A stretch of DNA of 64,000 bases from Felis catus (Eukaryota). The translations under genes were made by a program, and so were the position numbers. A model generated the notes under the pieces. That model searched no databases. It was given only the letters and a program-made list of their open reading frames with translations, and was not told where the DNA came from. Below, one piece after another: positions 49,019-63,679 of this stretch. Location: NCBI RefSeq assembly GCF_018350175.1, contig NC_058368.1, forward strand, positions 200,200,001-200,264,000, written 5' to 3'. The first letter of the stretch is position 1, and each line of letters begins with the position of its first letter.

Positions 49019-52000
49019 TATGAAAGACCTGCTGCTGGATCACACATATGTCTTTAGAAGTCCTTATGGGGTTCCTGAAACTGAATAGTCCTTCTACCTG
49101 TATCTTCTTTCTCATTGGTTAAAACTAACTCTCCTTCATATAGGAGTTGTGTTACCTGCCCTCCCACCCTTGCACCTGCACCCAACTATATCCCCACCCC
49201 CACAGCTGCAGTGAAGGTCAGCTAAGGTTGAACTTGCCCAGCACTAGAATTGCTGCAGCTGCCACAGTGTTGACTGAGATGGCGACTTTGACAAAGTATG
49301 CCCCTTGCCCACAGGGAACCCAGAACAGCTAATAAATAGTATTAGGACATGAAGCAATACAGACCAACACCAGGGCTCTTCAAGGCCAAGGGGGTTCAGG
49401 AGAAGCATGGATCTGGCACACCATCGATTCAAGAACATATTATTTTTGACATGGTTGTGATGCAGTAATCTGAATTTTACAAATGCAACGCTCTGTATAA
49501 CCATTGCTTATTAAATGCCAGAAGCAGGAGCAGAAGCAATTAGGTATGCTGATTTTCAACTATAATAAATGGAATAATAATGGGTGTTGGAAGAAGACAA
49601 ATGAAATAGAAAATAGGTTAGTAGTTCATGATTTACCACGTGGCATAGAAACACTTTCTGAATGGTAATCACCTGTTGTCATAGAAGAATGCATTTAAAC
49701 AGAAGGAAAAAGTGAAAATGATACTTCACCACATTTTAAGACCTCATAATCAAGGGAATGAAAATGCTGAAATATCAGTAAAGTACCCTGCAAACATTCT
49801 GTCAAAGGCTTCCTAAGGAAGATACCCTGGCAGCTCAAGAAAGAGAACTTCAGTAATTCAAAGCTTTCCTCTATTTTGATCAACCCAGTGAAAATCAGGA
49901 CTTCTTGTTTTATGATTCTAATGGTGCTATATGCCATTGAATAGCAGAAACTTAAGCTTATGGCCATCTACTGGATGTTTGAAACTAACATTTTTCAAGG
50001 CAATTAATAGAACAACGTCCATGGGAATTATTGATATAGGTACTAATATAAGAACAAAAAAAACCACCCTTTTATGGTGAGTATAAAAAAGAACCATTTT
50101 GTTCTGTGTTTGACTATTGTGTTGAATCATTACAAATATGTTCATAAATATTAATCGATCTGTCACTTATATGTGTACACGAATATACATCAGTTCCTCA
50201 TTTGCATGTATATGTGGGAAGACAATGAGAATTAATACAAAGTAGCTGTTTAGCTTTTAAAACATTGTGTAAATGGAAAACTAAAAACCATTACCACTGG
50301 ATCAATTGCACACAATAAATAAAATAATCTACATTTATTTGAAAGTTACTATGTATAAAATAATGAAGTAGACTTCAAATGCAGAAATGAGAGTCATAAA
50401 TTAGTATGGTTCTTATCAAAATACTTAAGGAAATTTTGAAAATACAAAGTGACTTGTCTAAATTGGAAAAAGGATTCTAATATCTAAAATATACATGTCA
50501 AACACCATTAAATTTGAGAACATTCTTGGAATGAATATATTTTTATATAAAGAGAGAATACTTATTTTAGTATGTTAAAGCTACATTTATAAATACATTA
50601 TTCACATATTGCCAGCAATAGTAGCAGAAATATATTTCTGTTACTAATGACTTGTTCAGTATTATGTCAGTACATTTTTTCCATTTGGTTTTGTAGTGTA
50701 GTTCACCATTTGGTGAACTAGACTTGGAATATCATGGGAGAGTGAAAATAGGCCTTCCTAAATCAGAAATACATGGGAAAAAATAAACATACACTTTGTT
50801 GGGATTATATAAATTCATATTCATGAATGGAGAAAAGAATGAAATGATGCTGTTAAAATTATAGAAGCTGAATATGATTAGGCTCCTGGGCAGAACTTGT
50901 CTTCCTGGTTGACCTCCATCACTAATCAAATTTTCTCTTATTTCTATAAACTTACCACCTCACTTTGTTATATATTCTAAAATTCCAGTTGTGTTTTTTG
51001 CTCTTTCAAAGTATATTTATTGAGTGACTGATATGTGGAAGGCATCCTAAAAAGTGCTGCAAAGGATAACAATATTGCTATGACCTGCGTCTGTGATGCT
51101 AGAAATTTAACCTCCAGTGGGAGGAAGGTACATGTTATTCTTGGAGTGGAGATGGTTTAGAAACAGTCATTTATATATTAGTATAGATTAATTTCATAGT
51201 TGCTTTCCTTAAAATATCTCAAAATGATGCTATTGTTTGTGGTTATTAATATGGTCTGTCTTTCCATGTAAATTATAAATTCTTCCAGTTAAGGGACAAA
51301 GCCAGAGATGTCAGTATGTGTATTCAATACTCCTTTCTAAGCAAGGCTGTTCTAACTGGGAGTCCCACTGTAAGACTGAACCTTTTATATATCTCAACAT
51401 ACAAATATGCACATTGCTTCCTGCCAAAATATTTTCTTTATCATCAAAGGAAAAAGGGAATACATTCAGTTTCTTTACTAGTATCAAGTGCAAGAATTCT
51501 TCCTTGCTATTTGTACTATTTGGTGAATTCTTATTCTGGTTTCATTAATACAGTCCAGAGTATCATGCTTGTTCTCAGAACATGAGTTCTGTAGTCTGAG
51601 GATTGTAATTAAGGTAGTAAGAAAACACACGACGAATCACCAAACTTCTTTTCCTTTTTTCTCTAGTTTTATATTATGTCAACACCTTAAGAAAATACTT
51701 ATTTGAAACACTGAATATGTGCAGTTACTTGTTGATAATAGAAATTTCTAGTACTTGATTGTGGAATCTCAGATAATGACTGAAGTCTCATGTTAAGGAG
51801 TTATAGAACTTGAATTGATATGCCTAAGTATGCCTGTCCTCAGTAATAGCTCAAGCTGATCAACTAACTAGTAACAGCAAACAACACTTTGATGCATTGC
51901 TATAAAAATTTAAGAAACTTCAATTTTTATTTTAAATCGTTGATGTTGATGGATTACTATTTTATAACGGATTAACACCAAGATGACATTAATAACAAGT

Positions 52001-52204
52001 AATATTTTTGAGAGGTTATTCAGTTTCAGGTGATGAGAGATTTATTGGTACTGTCTCCTTACAATACTGCAAGAATTGTACTATATTATCTTATTTTATA
52101 GATTAGAAACCTGAGGTTTAAATAATTTAAATAAATTGCCCAATGTTATACCCAAGTGACAAAACATACACTTAGACTCAAGATATCTCTATATGAAACT
52201 TGGA

Positions 52205-53840
52205 TTTTAACTTCATAATTTGGAAAAAAATAAAGTACACAGAAAAGTTGTAAGGATAACACAAGAAACTCACAAATACCTTTCACCTAGATTCTCCAGT
52301 TATTAAAATTTTGTCATATTTAAACACATGCACATACATACTTATCAGTAGCATTTATTTTTATACATGTATGTTTATAAGTATATGTGTACATACATAT
52401 ATAACATTATAATATTTATTTTCTAATCATTTGAATGCAATTTATAGACATTATACCACTTTATGCCTAAAGCATATATCAGCAGGTATCTCCTATGAAG
52501 GGCATTTTCCTATGTGATCATTGTAAAATTATCAATTCAGGAACTTTAGCACTGATATAATACTATCATTTAATGTACAGTTCAAATTCCAATTTTGCCA
52601 GTTATCCATAAAAATATTTGTAGTCTCTAAACCAGTCCTTTAATCTGCAAAATGTATTTCAGACTTTCTGTTTCTTCTATGACATTGTAATTTTGTAGAG
52701 TACAGGCTGTTTTCACAATATTCCTCAATTTGAGTTTATCTGATTGTTTCTTCATGATTCAGTTCAAGTTATATGCTTTTATTAAGAGCACTGAATACCT
52801 AATAACTATTTTTCTCAGTGAATTATATCAAGAGGCACTGAAGTCAGTTTATCTCATTATTACCGCTATCAACATTGATCATTAATTTGCTTGAGGTCTT
52901 TGCCAGGTTTCTTCACTATAAAGTTATTTATTTTTTTTTCCTTTGAAACTGGTAATATGTAGGACATACAATACCATGTAAATAATGTCCACCATCAAAC
53001 TTTAATCCAATGTATCCATTGGTAATTCTTGCTCAGATTATTACTATGGTGATTGTATAATGGTGATTTTTAGTAATCTATTGTATTTGTTTCCTAGGGC
53101 GCCCATAACAAAATTCCATAGACTTGATAACTTAAACAACAGAAATTTGTTATTTAATCTGGAGGCAGGTTTGTTTTTCAGGGAGGCCTCTCTCCTTGGC
53201 TTGCAGATGGCACCTTCTTGCTGTGTTCTCACATGATTGTCCCTCTGTCTGTGTTGTCTGTGTCCTAATCTCTTTTTATAAGGACGCAAGTCATATTGGA
53301 TTAGGCCTTATCCTAACGACACCATTTTAACTTAATTATCTCATTTATCTTATCTTATTTAAAGGTCCTATCTCAAAGTACAGTCATATTCTGGGGTATT
53401 AGAGTTTAGGGATTTAACATATGAATTTTTGGGAGGATACAATTCAGCCATAACACCTATAATTTATTCCATATTTATTAGGTATAGGCCACCTTAAGAA
53501 AGAGCCTCCTCATTTCCCCCATTTATGTATATGCATATGTATTATACATGTATACATATGTGTATACTCTCAGTATAGACTCATGGATTCTTGTTCCATT
53601 AATGGATTATAATCCATTATTATCACTATTCATTTTCAGACTATAACTGTTCCAGATTTGACTGGTGGGAAAATGTTCAAGCTGACGCCAGTGTCATTTT
53701 TATCTGATGCCCTAATTGGTTGAGACCTTCCTTACTTTCTGAAACAAATGTATGTTGAGACTCGTCTCATATTTTTCCTTGCCTTAACCCTAGAGTCAGC
53801 CATTTCTTAAAGAAATCCTGATTCTTTTTAGTATGTAATG
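52205..53840 (-). mobile_element. Old L1M (L1MB/MC-like) 3' region, interrupted by an MLT1 LTR
   Basis: ACAGAAAAGTTGTAAG...CCTTTCACCTAGATTC, CAGTATAGACTCATGGATTCTT, AGAGTCAGCCATTTCTTAAAGAA. Confidence 0.8.
53082..53455 (-). mobile_element. MLT1B-like MaLR solo LTR
   Basis: TGTATT...CCTAGGGC...TTAAACAACAGAAATTT...TATAAGGAC...GATACAATTCAGCCATAACA; 5-bp TSD TCTAT/CCTAT (one mismatch). Confidence 0.88.
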
Positions 53841-54709
53841 GCCAGGCGAGAACACACATTCTTAAGCATTTTATGAAAACAATGTCACAATGTACAAAAT
53901 AGGATTTAGTGCAAACTTAATTAAATATTGATTAGATAAATATATTTTATAATAAGGCCAAATTTACTGAAACATGGGATCCAAGTGGGAAAATAAAAAC
54001 AGAAGACCGTCATGATGAAAAAAGACTAAAAACAACTGTGGATAGAATAACAGGGGTATTGTGGGATATAGCATTTTAAGTGCAAACTTTAATAAATACA
54101 GAGGAACTCAAAATATTTTCAGCCCCTATTTTTGGAAAGTAGAACTGAACAGCACAATCTTCCTAATTGCTCTTCTTTTTAGGCCTCTGAGTCTTCATAT
54201 AGATTTCTAATCTGCTTTCTTGGTAAATCAAGTTATAAAAGACCTTTAGAGTAATGTTCAACAATCAGGACTAAAATGAGAGAATAAATTCAAATACTGC
54301 TAGACGAATAGGGAATATTGCTGACATAAGTTGTTAATAATGAAAATACTGACCAGCAGAGAAACTCACTGATGTAGGATCTGTCTGAGAGCATATTGAT
54401 TCTTGAGTACATTAATCCCTTATAGAGAGGAATTAATGTCAAGGAGTGAGTCATGGGCCAAAATATAAGATACTTTCAAATGTGTTCTCAGAGCTTACAG
54501 TGTGCTCATCTGTTGCAACCCCCTACTTGTTAAACAATTCAAATGCTTTCTAAAACCTGATCCTATGATGCATCAGGGAGAAGAAAATACTCTGAAAAGA
54601 AATTTCTTTCCTCTTCACCATTTCAAGGCAGCAAAGTACCAATTAGCACTTGGGAGGAAGTGATTTATCATTTTATATAAGGATGCCTTGAAAGAGAAAC
54701 ACATATGTT

Positions 54710-54945
54710 AAGAGTATAATAGCTCTCATTTATTATACCAGATACTATCCCTTCATATTTTTTGCATTGAATTTGTACAACCACCATATTACGCAGCTAT
54801 TTTTATTTCTATTTTATAGGTGTGGAAAATTAGTCCTGGAATTGTTAAATAATTTTAGGCATGCCATACATCTTTTAAGATGTAGATCAAGGATTCAAAC
54901 ACAGAAAGCCATGTCTCAAAACTTTGCATTTTATTATTCTGCACT
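54710..54945 (-). mobile_element. MIR
   Basis: CTATTTTATAGGTGTGGAAAATTAG...AGGATTCAAACACAG. Confidence 0.55.
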
Positions 54946-55082
54946 GCTGTCTTTCATAATATCTGGTTACTTATGAGTGGTATAAAAATGATCCAAACAA
55001 ACTTACTATTGTAGGAAGTTCGATTTGGTTGGTCACCACATTGATATGGTATTAAAGTACTGTCTATAAAAATACCATTAGG

Positions 55083-57470
55083 CACTTCTATTTCCAGGAA
55101 GATGGAGTAGATGTTCTTTTACCTAATCCTCCTACAGAGAACAGCTAAAACCCTGGACATTACATAAAACAGAATTAAGAAGATTCTGAAAGGTAGAAAG
55201 AAGGATGTAGACTGCTTAAGGATTTTGAAACATGAGCAATGACACAGCAGTGAGTTATGTGGATTTTTTTTTCTGCCACTTATTCCCCAAAGTGTTCAGG
55301 TTTCAGATTGGGAGCCAGAGTAGTTGGCAGTCCAGAAATGCCAACAAGTGTGAGAAGAAAAATCAAGAAAAGTCTGCTGTCCTAGCAAAAGAGCCAGGAA
55401 AAGGACAGTATAGCAAGATAGAAAACTTTTAGATAATAACTGCACAACTTTAGCTAAGCATCCTAGAAAACACTTCTGTTTCATTCTCACCTCTACCAGC
55501 AAAGGCCACATGGGGAATCTAAATTTCCACCTTTGCCAGTCTGTAATGAAATACCACAAACCCTCCATGAGGTATTGTCAGAAAAGTCCAAGTGGGAGCT
55601 GGACTTTCATCCTCCTACCCAGGAGATAATGAGGCCTTAAACCCCATGGTGTTGGTGAAGACCAGGTGAGTCACTTGAACTTCTGCTTCAACCAGTGGTA
55701 ATGAGGCATCACTCACAATTCCTGCTGGGGTTGTGTCAGAATTCTTTCATTACAATCCATCAATAAAGAGACCATCCATGTTTGGTAACATTAGAGGCCA
55801 TTCAGAGAGCAATAATGAGACACTCCTGCACTTCCCAGACAGGGTAGTATTAATGGAACACTGGTAGGAAATATGGACTTTCATCTCACCAAGTATTAAT
55901 AAGCTGGAGTACCACTTTAGACAGGAACATTGTCAGAGAAGTCCTGCTATAATAGCAGATTTAAATGAGATCCAGAATTTCAGAATTTCATATATTAAAA
56001 TGTCCAGATTTCACTGGAAAATTACTTGTCAAAGCAACGACCAGGAAAATTTCAATTTGATAAAAGATACTTAACAGATGTCAAAGTTGAAATGATGCAG
56101 ATATAAAATTATCTTATATGGATTTTAAAGCAGCAATTATAAGAATGCTTCAATAAGCAATTACAGGCATGTTTGAAACAAATGAAAAATTTAATGTCTC
56201 AGCAAAGAAATAGAAGATATAAAGAAGAAAGAAAAGAGAATTTTAGAACTGAAAAAATGCAATAACCCCCCAAAATTATGGATGGACTCAACAGATTGGA
56301 GGAGGCAGAAAAATAAATCAATGAACTTGAAGGTAGAACAGTAGAACTTACTATGAACAACGGGGAGAAAAGAGGCTGAAAAAAAATTTGAGTAGAGCAT
56401 CAAAGACCTGTGGGGCTCTAAGCAAAGATCTAACATTCATGTCATTGGAGTTGTGAAAAGTACTCAAAAAAGTATCCAAAAAGTGATATGTACTAAAAAA
56501 ATATAATGGTTGAAAACTTCCCCAAATTGCAAATAACATAAACCTACAGATCCAAGAAGCTTGTTGAACATCAAACAAAATAAACCCAAATAAATACATG
56601 CAGGAAACATCATTGTCAAATTTCTGAAAACTAAAGACAAAGATAAAAAGTAAAAACAGCAAGAGAGAAATAATACTTTACAGAGGAAAAACAGTTTGAA
56701 TGACAATGGATTTCTTATCAGAAACCAGAAAATTGGGAAGTGGCACAACACTTTTAAGTACTGAGATAAAAGAACTGTCAAATGAGAAATCTGTATCTAG
56801 TTGAAAGTATCCTTTAAATGAATGGGAAATCAAGATATTCTTAAATGAAGGAAAATTAACAGAATTTGTTGCCAGGAGACCTTCTATAAAACAAGGGCTA
56901 AAGGAAGGAATCTTGAAAAATAAGGAAGGAAGAAAGAACAATGGAAAGAACAAAAACATGGGTAAATACAATAGACTTTAATTCTTTTGAGTTTTCTAGA
57001 TTATGTTCAATGGTTGAAGCAAAAATTATAACACTGTCTGACATGGTTCTTTAAGGAGGAACTATTTAAGACAATTACATTATAAATAAAAGTACAAGTG
57101 AAATTAAAGGGAGTTTATTCATTTGAAACCATAAAATATTGATGCCAGTAGACTGTTATGTATTTATAATACCTAGCACAACCACTAAAAATGTGTATGA
57201 AGAAATATACTCAAGATAAATCAAAACAAAATAGTAAAGAATGTTCAAATAAGTCCACAAAGGCAGCAAAAACAAAACAAATAAAAAACAGTGGTAAAAA
57301 CAGAAAACAAAAAACAAAATGGCGGACTTAAGCCTCAACAAATCAATAATTACATTAATTGTAAATGTTCTAAAAATACCAATTAAAATACCAGAAATTG
57401 GCAGAGTGAATTAAAAACAAAACAAAACAAAATTTGGCCCAACTATATGCTCTCTACAAGAAATTTCAAA
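55083..57470 (+). mobile_element. Old L1M (L1MC/MD-like): 5'UTR, ORF1 and start of ORF2
   Basis: 5' end ACTTCTATTTCCAGGAAGATGGAGTAG; ORF1-like A-rich region (AATGAACTTGAAG, AACCTACAGATCCAAGAAGC, GATTTCTTATCAGAAACC); ORF2 start ATGGCGGACTTAAGC...AATAATTACATTAATTGTAAATG...AACTATATGCTCTCTACAAGAAA. Confidence 0.88.
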
Positions 57471-59344
57471 TAGGAGTTGAAAAATCTCTCTAGACTCCTC
57501 TGTCTAGAAATACTAATAACTGCTTTATAATCTTTTAACAAGAAGTTTGAGAAATATGGTAAAAGTTTGCCCCTTATAAAATATAATTAAGTAGTCTGCA
57601 TAAGTGAAAGATTATAAAGTCAACATATTAAAATACTGATGTTTATTGACAGAATATAAAAAACTTGAACAAGGATATGGAAGCTGGGTAAAGAAGAAAA
57701 TTAAGAGATGAAGTGGCAGTGGTCGGGTTTCCTTTTGTAAAATATCTACATCTAGTATACAAAAGAAATGAAGCAGAAAGAACAGAATTAAAATTGTGCT
57801 AACATATGAATAAAGAGAGAATTCAAGATTTTGCGAAGAAATAGTTATCTCAAAACAATACACCATCTCATACTGAAAGGATCCAATTTTATGGGTCTAG
57901 TTTAGTTTCTGGAAATAACGAGTTCAAGTGGAGAAAATATTGTTAGCATTTTGAGCCACAATATTAGGTAGAATATAAATAAAAAAATAGTGATGTTTAC
58001 AGTGTGAAAACGATTTTTTAAAAAGTTTGGGGTACCTAAGAACACATTGTTGCTGCTATTAGGGCATTTGCAGTTACTTTGCTATTGGCAAATTCCATTC
58101 TAGTTTGCCAATAGGTAGGTATGATCTCATGCTAACAACTCCCCAGCCATTCTAATACTGAAGAAGAAGAAATTTTATCCTTACATAAATTCCTTATATA
58201 ACAAAATGTACCATCCCTAGGATGTTTAAGAGCTTTACAGTATCAGCCTATTTCACTGTGGTCAAATGGAGAAAGCAATAAGTCTCTATGATAGAGATCT
58301 AATTAGAGATTCAAAAACCTTATTGAACTGTTGGAGGCAGAGATTTTAAGAATTTGATATTAAAATAATGCCTTAGAACTCAACATTTTAGGGAGAAAAA
58401 ACCAAAAATACACAAAATAATTATAATTCCTTTCACCCAAGTTTTTTTTTTTGTAAGTATATATCACTGAGCTAAAAAAAAAAAGTACAATTTAATAATA
58501 TAGATTCACATTCAATCTATATGTAATTGGAGTAAGGCTATTACCTCTTTAAATAGAAATAACAAAGAAATAAGTAGCTTTTAACATAATGTGTTGCTTG
58601 CTGGTCTTTTTCCACATTAAAAAATATAAATACAAGTTGCAAATGAAATAAGTACCTTTTAGCATAATGTGTTGTGGGAGTATTTCATTTCCCATTGCTC
58701 TGGGATTTCTCTCCTTGTTTTTGTTGAATTTTTTTTTTCATCTTGTGCAAACTGTATCTTATTAATACTTTGTTTTCCTTTTACAATGTGTTTCTTTATT
58801 AAAGCTCTCATATTTTCTCACATTAGATTTGTATTTTAGTGTTTTCATTTTCTAATTTCTTTTTGTTTTTTTCTTTCCAAGAGTTAGAACCTAGCTATAG
58901 TTTTTAATTTTACATCTTCATCACATAAATGTAAAATAAGTTTATTATATGGAAAGCTAACCCATCGTCTCAGTAAAGAACCTACTTATGGCCATGCTTA
59001 GCTGCTAGACAAAACATTACTGGTATCTAGCATAATGTTTTTTGTTGACCCGTGTTTACTAAATTATTAGGGTTTGGTTTCTGACAGTGGCAATCACATC
59101 CTAATAGGTAAGCGCTTTGTGTTGTTCTTCTGAAGCTTGGGAAAAACTGTAACTTGGTTGAATTATATCCTCACTAAACTTGTCACCATTTTCATTTTCC
59201 TAGAGTCTAAAGGACTGAAAATAACTTGTAGCTTTATGAAATTGTTGTCTTTTAAGAATTAGTACTTCTCAGAATAAAATTTTCAACTTTCTTAACTTTG
59301 ACAATTGTCACATTCACATCTAACTGAGAATGTAATACCTCCCC

Positions 59345-59834
59345 CCCACCTTTTTTTTACAGTGTATTTATTGAAGATGAGGTCCATATTTTATAAGTAG
59401 TTGACATAGTTTTTAAGTTTCTTCTAATCTATAGGTGTTCCCTTTTTCTCTCTCTTCCTCTTTTCTCTTGTCCCTTCCTCATTCTCCTGTTCTCATTCTT
59501 TCTCTCTCATTCCTTTTGTCTATTTCTCTTTTCCTTGCAGTTTCTTTGTTGAAGAAAAAAAAAATGTTTCCTAAAGTTTCCTAGAGTTATAATTTTGCTG
59601 ACTCCATCCAGTTGTATTGTTTGACATGCACTGTTGCCCCATATCTTTCCTGTAAATTTGTAGATATTTGCTTGATCAGATTCAGATCTAAGTTTTTTAG
59701 AAAGAGAGGCACCTGGGTGGCTCAGTCAGTTAAGCGACTGACTCTTGATTTCAGGTCAAGTCACGATCTCACGGTTTTTGGGATTGAGCCCTGCATTGGG
59801 TTCCACACTGACAGCAGTGCAGAGCCTGCTTGGG

Positions 59835-59889
<55 letters not shown>

Positions 59890-60230
59890 GTGCCTCTCCC
59901 CTGCTCTCTTTCTCTCTCAAAAATAAATAAATAAACATTAAAAAAATAAAAAGGCAATAAACTTCATTTGTAATGTTGTGGATTTTATCAGAATGACCGC
60001 AATATCTGGAAGCTTCTCATTTTGTGACGCTAGCAGCCATTGGGAACCATTAAATGCATCATCTCCCTTTTTTCATTAGTGCCTGCAAAATGGAGGTATT
60101 TTAATTCTATAATTCCTTCTTTATTTATTAGCTAGAATATTTCTGTAAAGAGAAACTTCCATTAACTATTTCATTACCCATGGGCACGAATTTTATGGAA
60201 AAGGAAGGATAAGTGCTAGAATCTGTCTCA
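59345..60230 (-). mobile_element. Old L1MC-like 3' fragment, interrupted by a SINE
   Basis: TTGTTGAAGAAA, CTTGATCAGATTCAG, TTTGTGACGCTAGCAGCCATTG, TATTAGCTAGAATATTTCTGTAAAGAGAAACTT. Confidence 0.65.
59705..59952 (+). mobile_element. Can-SINE with expanded (TC)n
   Basis: GGCACCTGGGTGGCTCAGTCAGTTAAGC head; (TC)n ~59837-59884; AATAAA tail. Confidence 0.95.
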
Positions 60231-61724
60231 TATTTACTAAAAATTAAAGTTTAACTGATTAAAACACCAGTAGATTCTATTTAAATTGAGAAGGAAATAT
60301 TGAATATGATTCTTCTTCTTTTTCTTCAAATACTAATAAAAGTTTTCATTAAATTCTAAGAGCAGACCTCACAAGATAAAACCAAGTAGATTTTAGAACC
60401 TCCCAAAAGAAAAAAAACTCATTTTCATTCTCACTTATACTGTTCTCGATGATTCTGCTCTAAGAGTATTACTGCTTTTTATCTAGATATAAAGTAGCAC
60501 CTTGGTACCTTATAGCAAAAGGTTTTCAAACTTCACATGGAGGACAATAAGGAAACTAATAATTCTTTTGCTAAGATTGTCCATATTCCAGCTTTAATAA
60601 TTTAATTAAAAATAGTTTGTTTAGTTTAAAAAGTTTGTTAATATCCTCAGGGATTTGTGGTTAGATAGTGTTGTTTATGTCTTGGATAAATGAAAACACT
60701 TTACCAGAGATAAGTCATAAATCTTACATCTATGATGCTTCAGGAATATAATTGGTAATTTATAATCACAGTAATTTTGAGATGTGCAACTCAAGTGCAG
60801 AGGTAATAAAATTAAAAAATTTTGCAAGTCAATCTCAGCTTTTTTGTGTATGTGAAACTATAATTAAATATTACAAAATAAAAAAAATGTTAAAGAGTTA
60901 TGTATTTCTCATATAAATATTTTCAACTTTCCACCTCATCAGATTTTATATAACTACAGATATAATTGCATTTTATATTTTATGATTCATGAACATCAAA
61001 ACATAAAAAAGTCTGTTTGCTTTTAGAACTTCAGAACTTTTGAAAATGGTGTACAGTTATAGTTTTTTTTATTAACAGAGATTGGAATTAATGACTATTT
61101 CAAATAGGGGTACAGTATACAAAGTCTTATAAAGGTTTTTTATTTAAGCTTTATGATGGATTTTTGTACTAACAACTATAACTTCATAGAAATGGATAAT
61201 ATTCAAAAGCATGCACTGTTATTTGGATTTAAAAACTAGTTATTTGTATTCATATGTGTATCTGTGTGTCTCTGTGTGCATAAATACATAAAAGTCATTG
61301 TTAAAATCACAAGACATACATACCAACCCTTCCCTTTAGCAGCAGGTCAAAAGAACTTTTAGCTCAGTCTCTGAGGATTTCTTTTTATTACAAATATGAG
61401 AGTGGGATGTTTAAAAAAAAGGCCTAAAATTTAATAATAATAAAAAAGCTACCCAAGACTGCATTCTGCTTGATGGCTCCAGAGAGTAGAAAGAGATTAT
61501 GTTAAAGCATAAATGGAGCTTTAACATTTTTAAATCCAGGAGGTCTAATCTAATCTAATCCTTTTCAATCCAATTTTTTAAAATGCATCCTAGACATCAG
61601 ATTAAAGCATGTGCTTTGCTTTCTAGGCCATTTTAAACAGACTCAGCATCTGTGCTTTCTGACCCTCCATGTTGCAATTTAAAAAAAAAAAAGTGATTTA
61701 GAAGAAACAAAAATAGAATGAATG

Positions 61725-61725
<1 letters not shown>

Positions 61726-61758
<33 letters not shown>
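61726..61758. repeat. (TG)n microsatellite
   Basis: About 16 units. Confidence 0.95.
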
Positions 61759-61761
<3 letters not shown>

Positions 61762-62744
61762 CATGTGTGTATATATTATATATGTATGATTTTGCTAAGA
61801 CTGATTAGAAAATGATTACTATGTGTTTTTAAGTAAATAAAAATGGAGAATTAGAATAGAAGCCTGTTTGTAAAGACAGTATTTTGGAGTGTGATGCACT
61901 AGCTTCTGCTTCACGGTCATGCCCAGTGCTGGTCACTGCTTCCATTCACCTCATACCTGCTTTCCACTGGAGCGCTAGAGGCCTGCACATACTTTATCAA
62001 AGCTGGCTCCACTTCCAGCTATTTCCAGTTTGCTTGAGTTATCCTTTATGTGAAAGCTACTGCTGGGTTAATTACCTTTAATTCTTTTTCTTGCAACCCC
62101 CCTAGCCAACACAGGCTGGAGACCCCAGAGGCTCTCTCGCCAGGTCTCCTTCTACACTGCAGCTTGGCCTTTAAAACACAGCGTATCCCTCTTTTTGCTT
62201 CTTTCCATGTTCATTACTGGGGAAAAAAGAGAACGAAACCCTTGCCACATGGCAATTCTTCGATGTCTCTGAAGATCCTTTATCCCCAGTTTGGAATTAA
62301 GGTACATTTACTTGAATAATTAAACTTCTACAGAATCTGTATCATCCTTTCTTGTGCGGTCCTTTTTTTTTTAGAGATTTAGCACCAAAATAATATACTT
62401 AGTTGGGTTTACGTTTTATAATTGTTACTTCCTCTTGCCTTATTGTGAAACTTCTACTTTTAAGACATCTATTTTTTCAAACTCTGATTCTTAAAGAGAC
62501 CAGGTGCTTCTCTTGCTAAAGATCAGAAACGCATTCTGGAGGTAACTGAGCAGTCTGTCAACAGCCATTTGCTGGTTTCTGCATTAGTGCAAATCTCCCA
62601 TTTCAAACCATGAGTCTAGAGCTAAGAAATATAATCTGTAATTCGGGGCTTTTGTAATGTTTTGTTCATTCTGCTAATCCCAACTTCAAATGATACTGTG
62701 TTCAGCTAGATACATGTTGATTTCGTCTAAAACTTTGCTGTTCA

Positions 62745-62900
62745 CAAAGCGACAGATCAACAGCTGTGGCATCACCCAGGATTATGAGAGTAAAAGGGAA
62801 TCTCAGGTCCCACCTCAGACCTACTGACTAGGGAAACTGTATTTTAACAGGCTCTCCAGGCAAATTAATATGCACATTGAAGCTTAACAAAGAAGGTTCT
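62745..62900. mobile_element. MER5A-like hAT-Charlie
   Basis: GGCATCACCCAGG...GAATCTCAGGTCCCACCTCAGACCTACTGA...TATTTTAACAGG...TATGCACATTGAAG. Confidence 0.75.
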
Positions 62901-63037
62901 AAAAGATTGTCAGCTCCTTAAAGACAGCCCATTGTATGCCCTCATAAAATGTGTGTTGAGTTGGATCTTAATACATAAGCCACTTCTATGATGTCATAGC
63001 CAGTTCCGATTTCTGAGCTTAAAAACAATAAGGCATT

Positions 63038-63255
63038 GGGGAGCCTGGATGACTTAGCTGCTGAAGTGATCAACCCTTGATTTCTGCTCAGGTCATGATC
63101 TCAGGGTCGTTCATGAGCTCGAGCCCTGCAGTGGGCTCCACACTGAGTGGTTGAGTATGGAGCCTTCTTGAGATGCTCTATCCCTCTGCCTCTGCATCCC
63201 CCCCGCGCCGCCCCAACTAGTTCTTTTTTTTGTCTCCAAAAAACAAAACAAAACA
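63038..63255 (+). mobile_element. Older Can-SINE
   Basis: CTTGATTTCTGCTCAGGTCATGATCTCAGGGTC; degenerate TSD AAAAACAATAAGGCATT / AAAACCAATAAAGCATT. Confidence 0.88.
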
Positions 63256-63679
63256 AAAACCAATAAAGCATTTAAATATAAATAGAAATCTAATTTATAG
63301 GCAGTAAGTTAGTAAAATGCACAATATAATAAGTGTCAATATGTATATAAAGTCCAAAAAATAAAGTCAATAAAATGTATTAAAGAAACCTTTATAGAGT
63401 TCCAACTGATTTCCTGCTTTACTCATTTCTGCAAATCTATAGAACCTACCTTGAGTCTATACATTTAAATAGCATAGAAAGAGAGTAATCAATGTGACAA
63501 AACTGTTAAGTTAATAAAGGAACTCCAAGTAGAGAGTTTACTTGTCAAACTATCCCTTGATTCTTCTCCTACAGGTGTTATCTCCCAGAGGTAATCTTAG
63601 ACTTGTTTTCTGCTGAATTTGAGAAGATTTAGTTTCCAAAATTTTCCATTTTTGTATTAAAATAGTTCCAATATTTCCT

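Noticed and set aside
49500..50170. Purine-rich stretch examined as a possible non-retroviral endogenous viral element or processed pseudogene
   Set aside because: The frames I translated are short and carry no motif I recognise. A tBLASTx search would be needed to exclude it fully.
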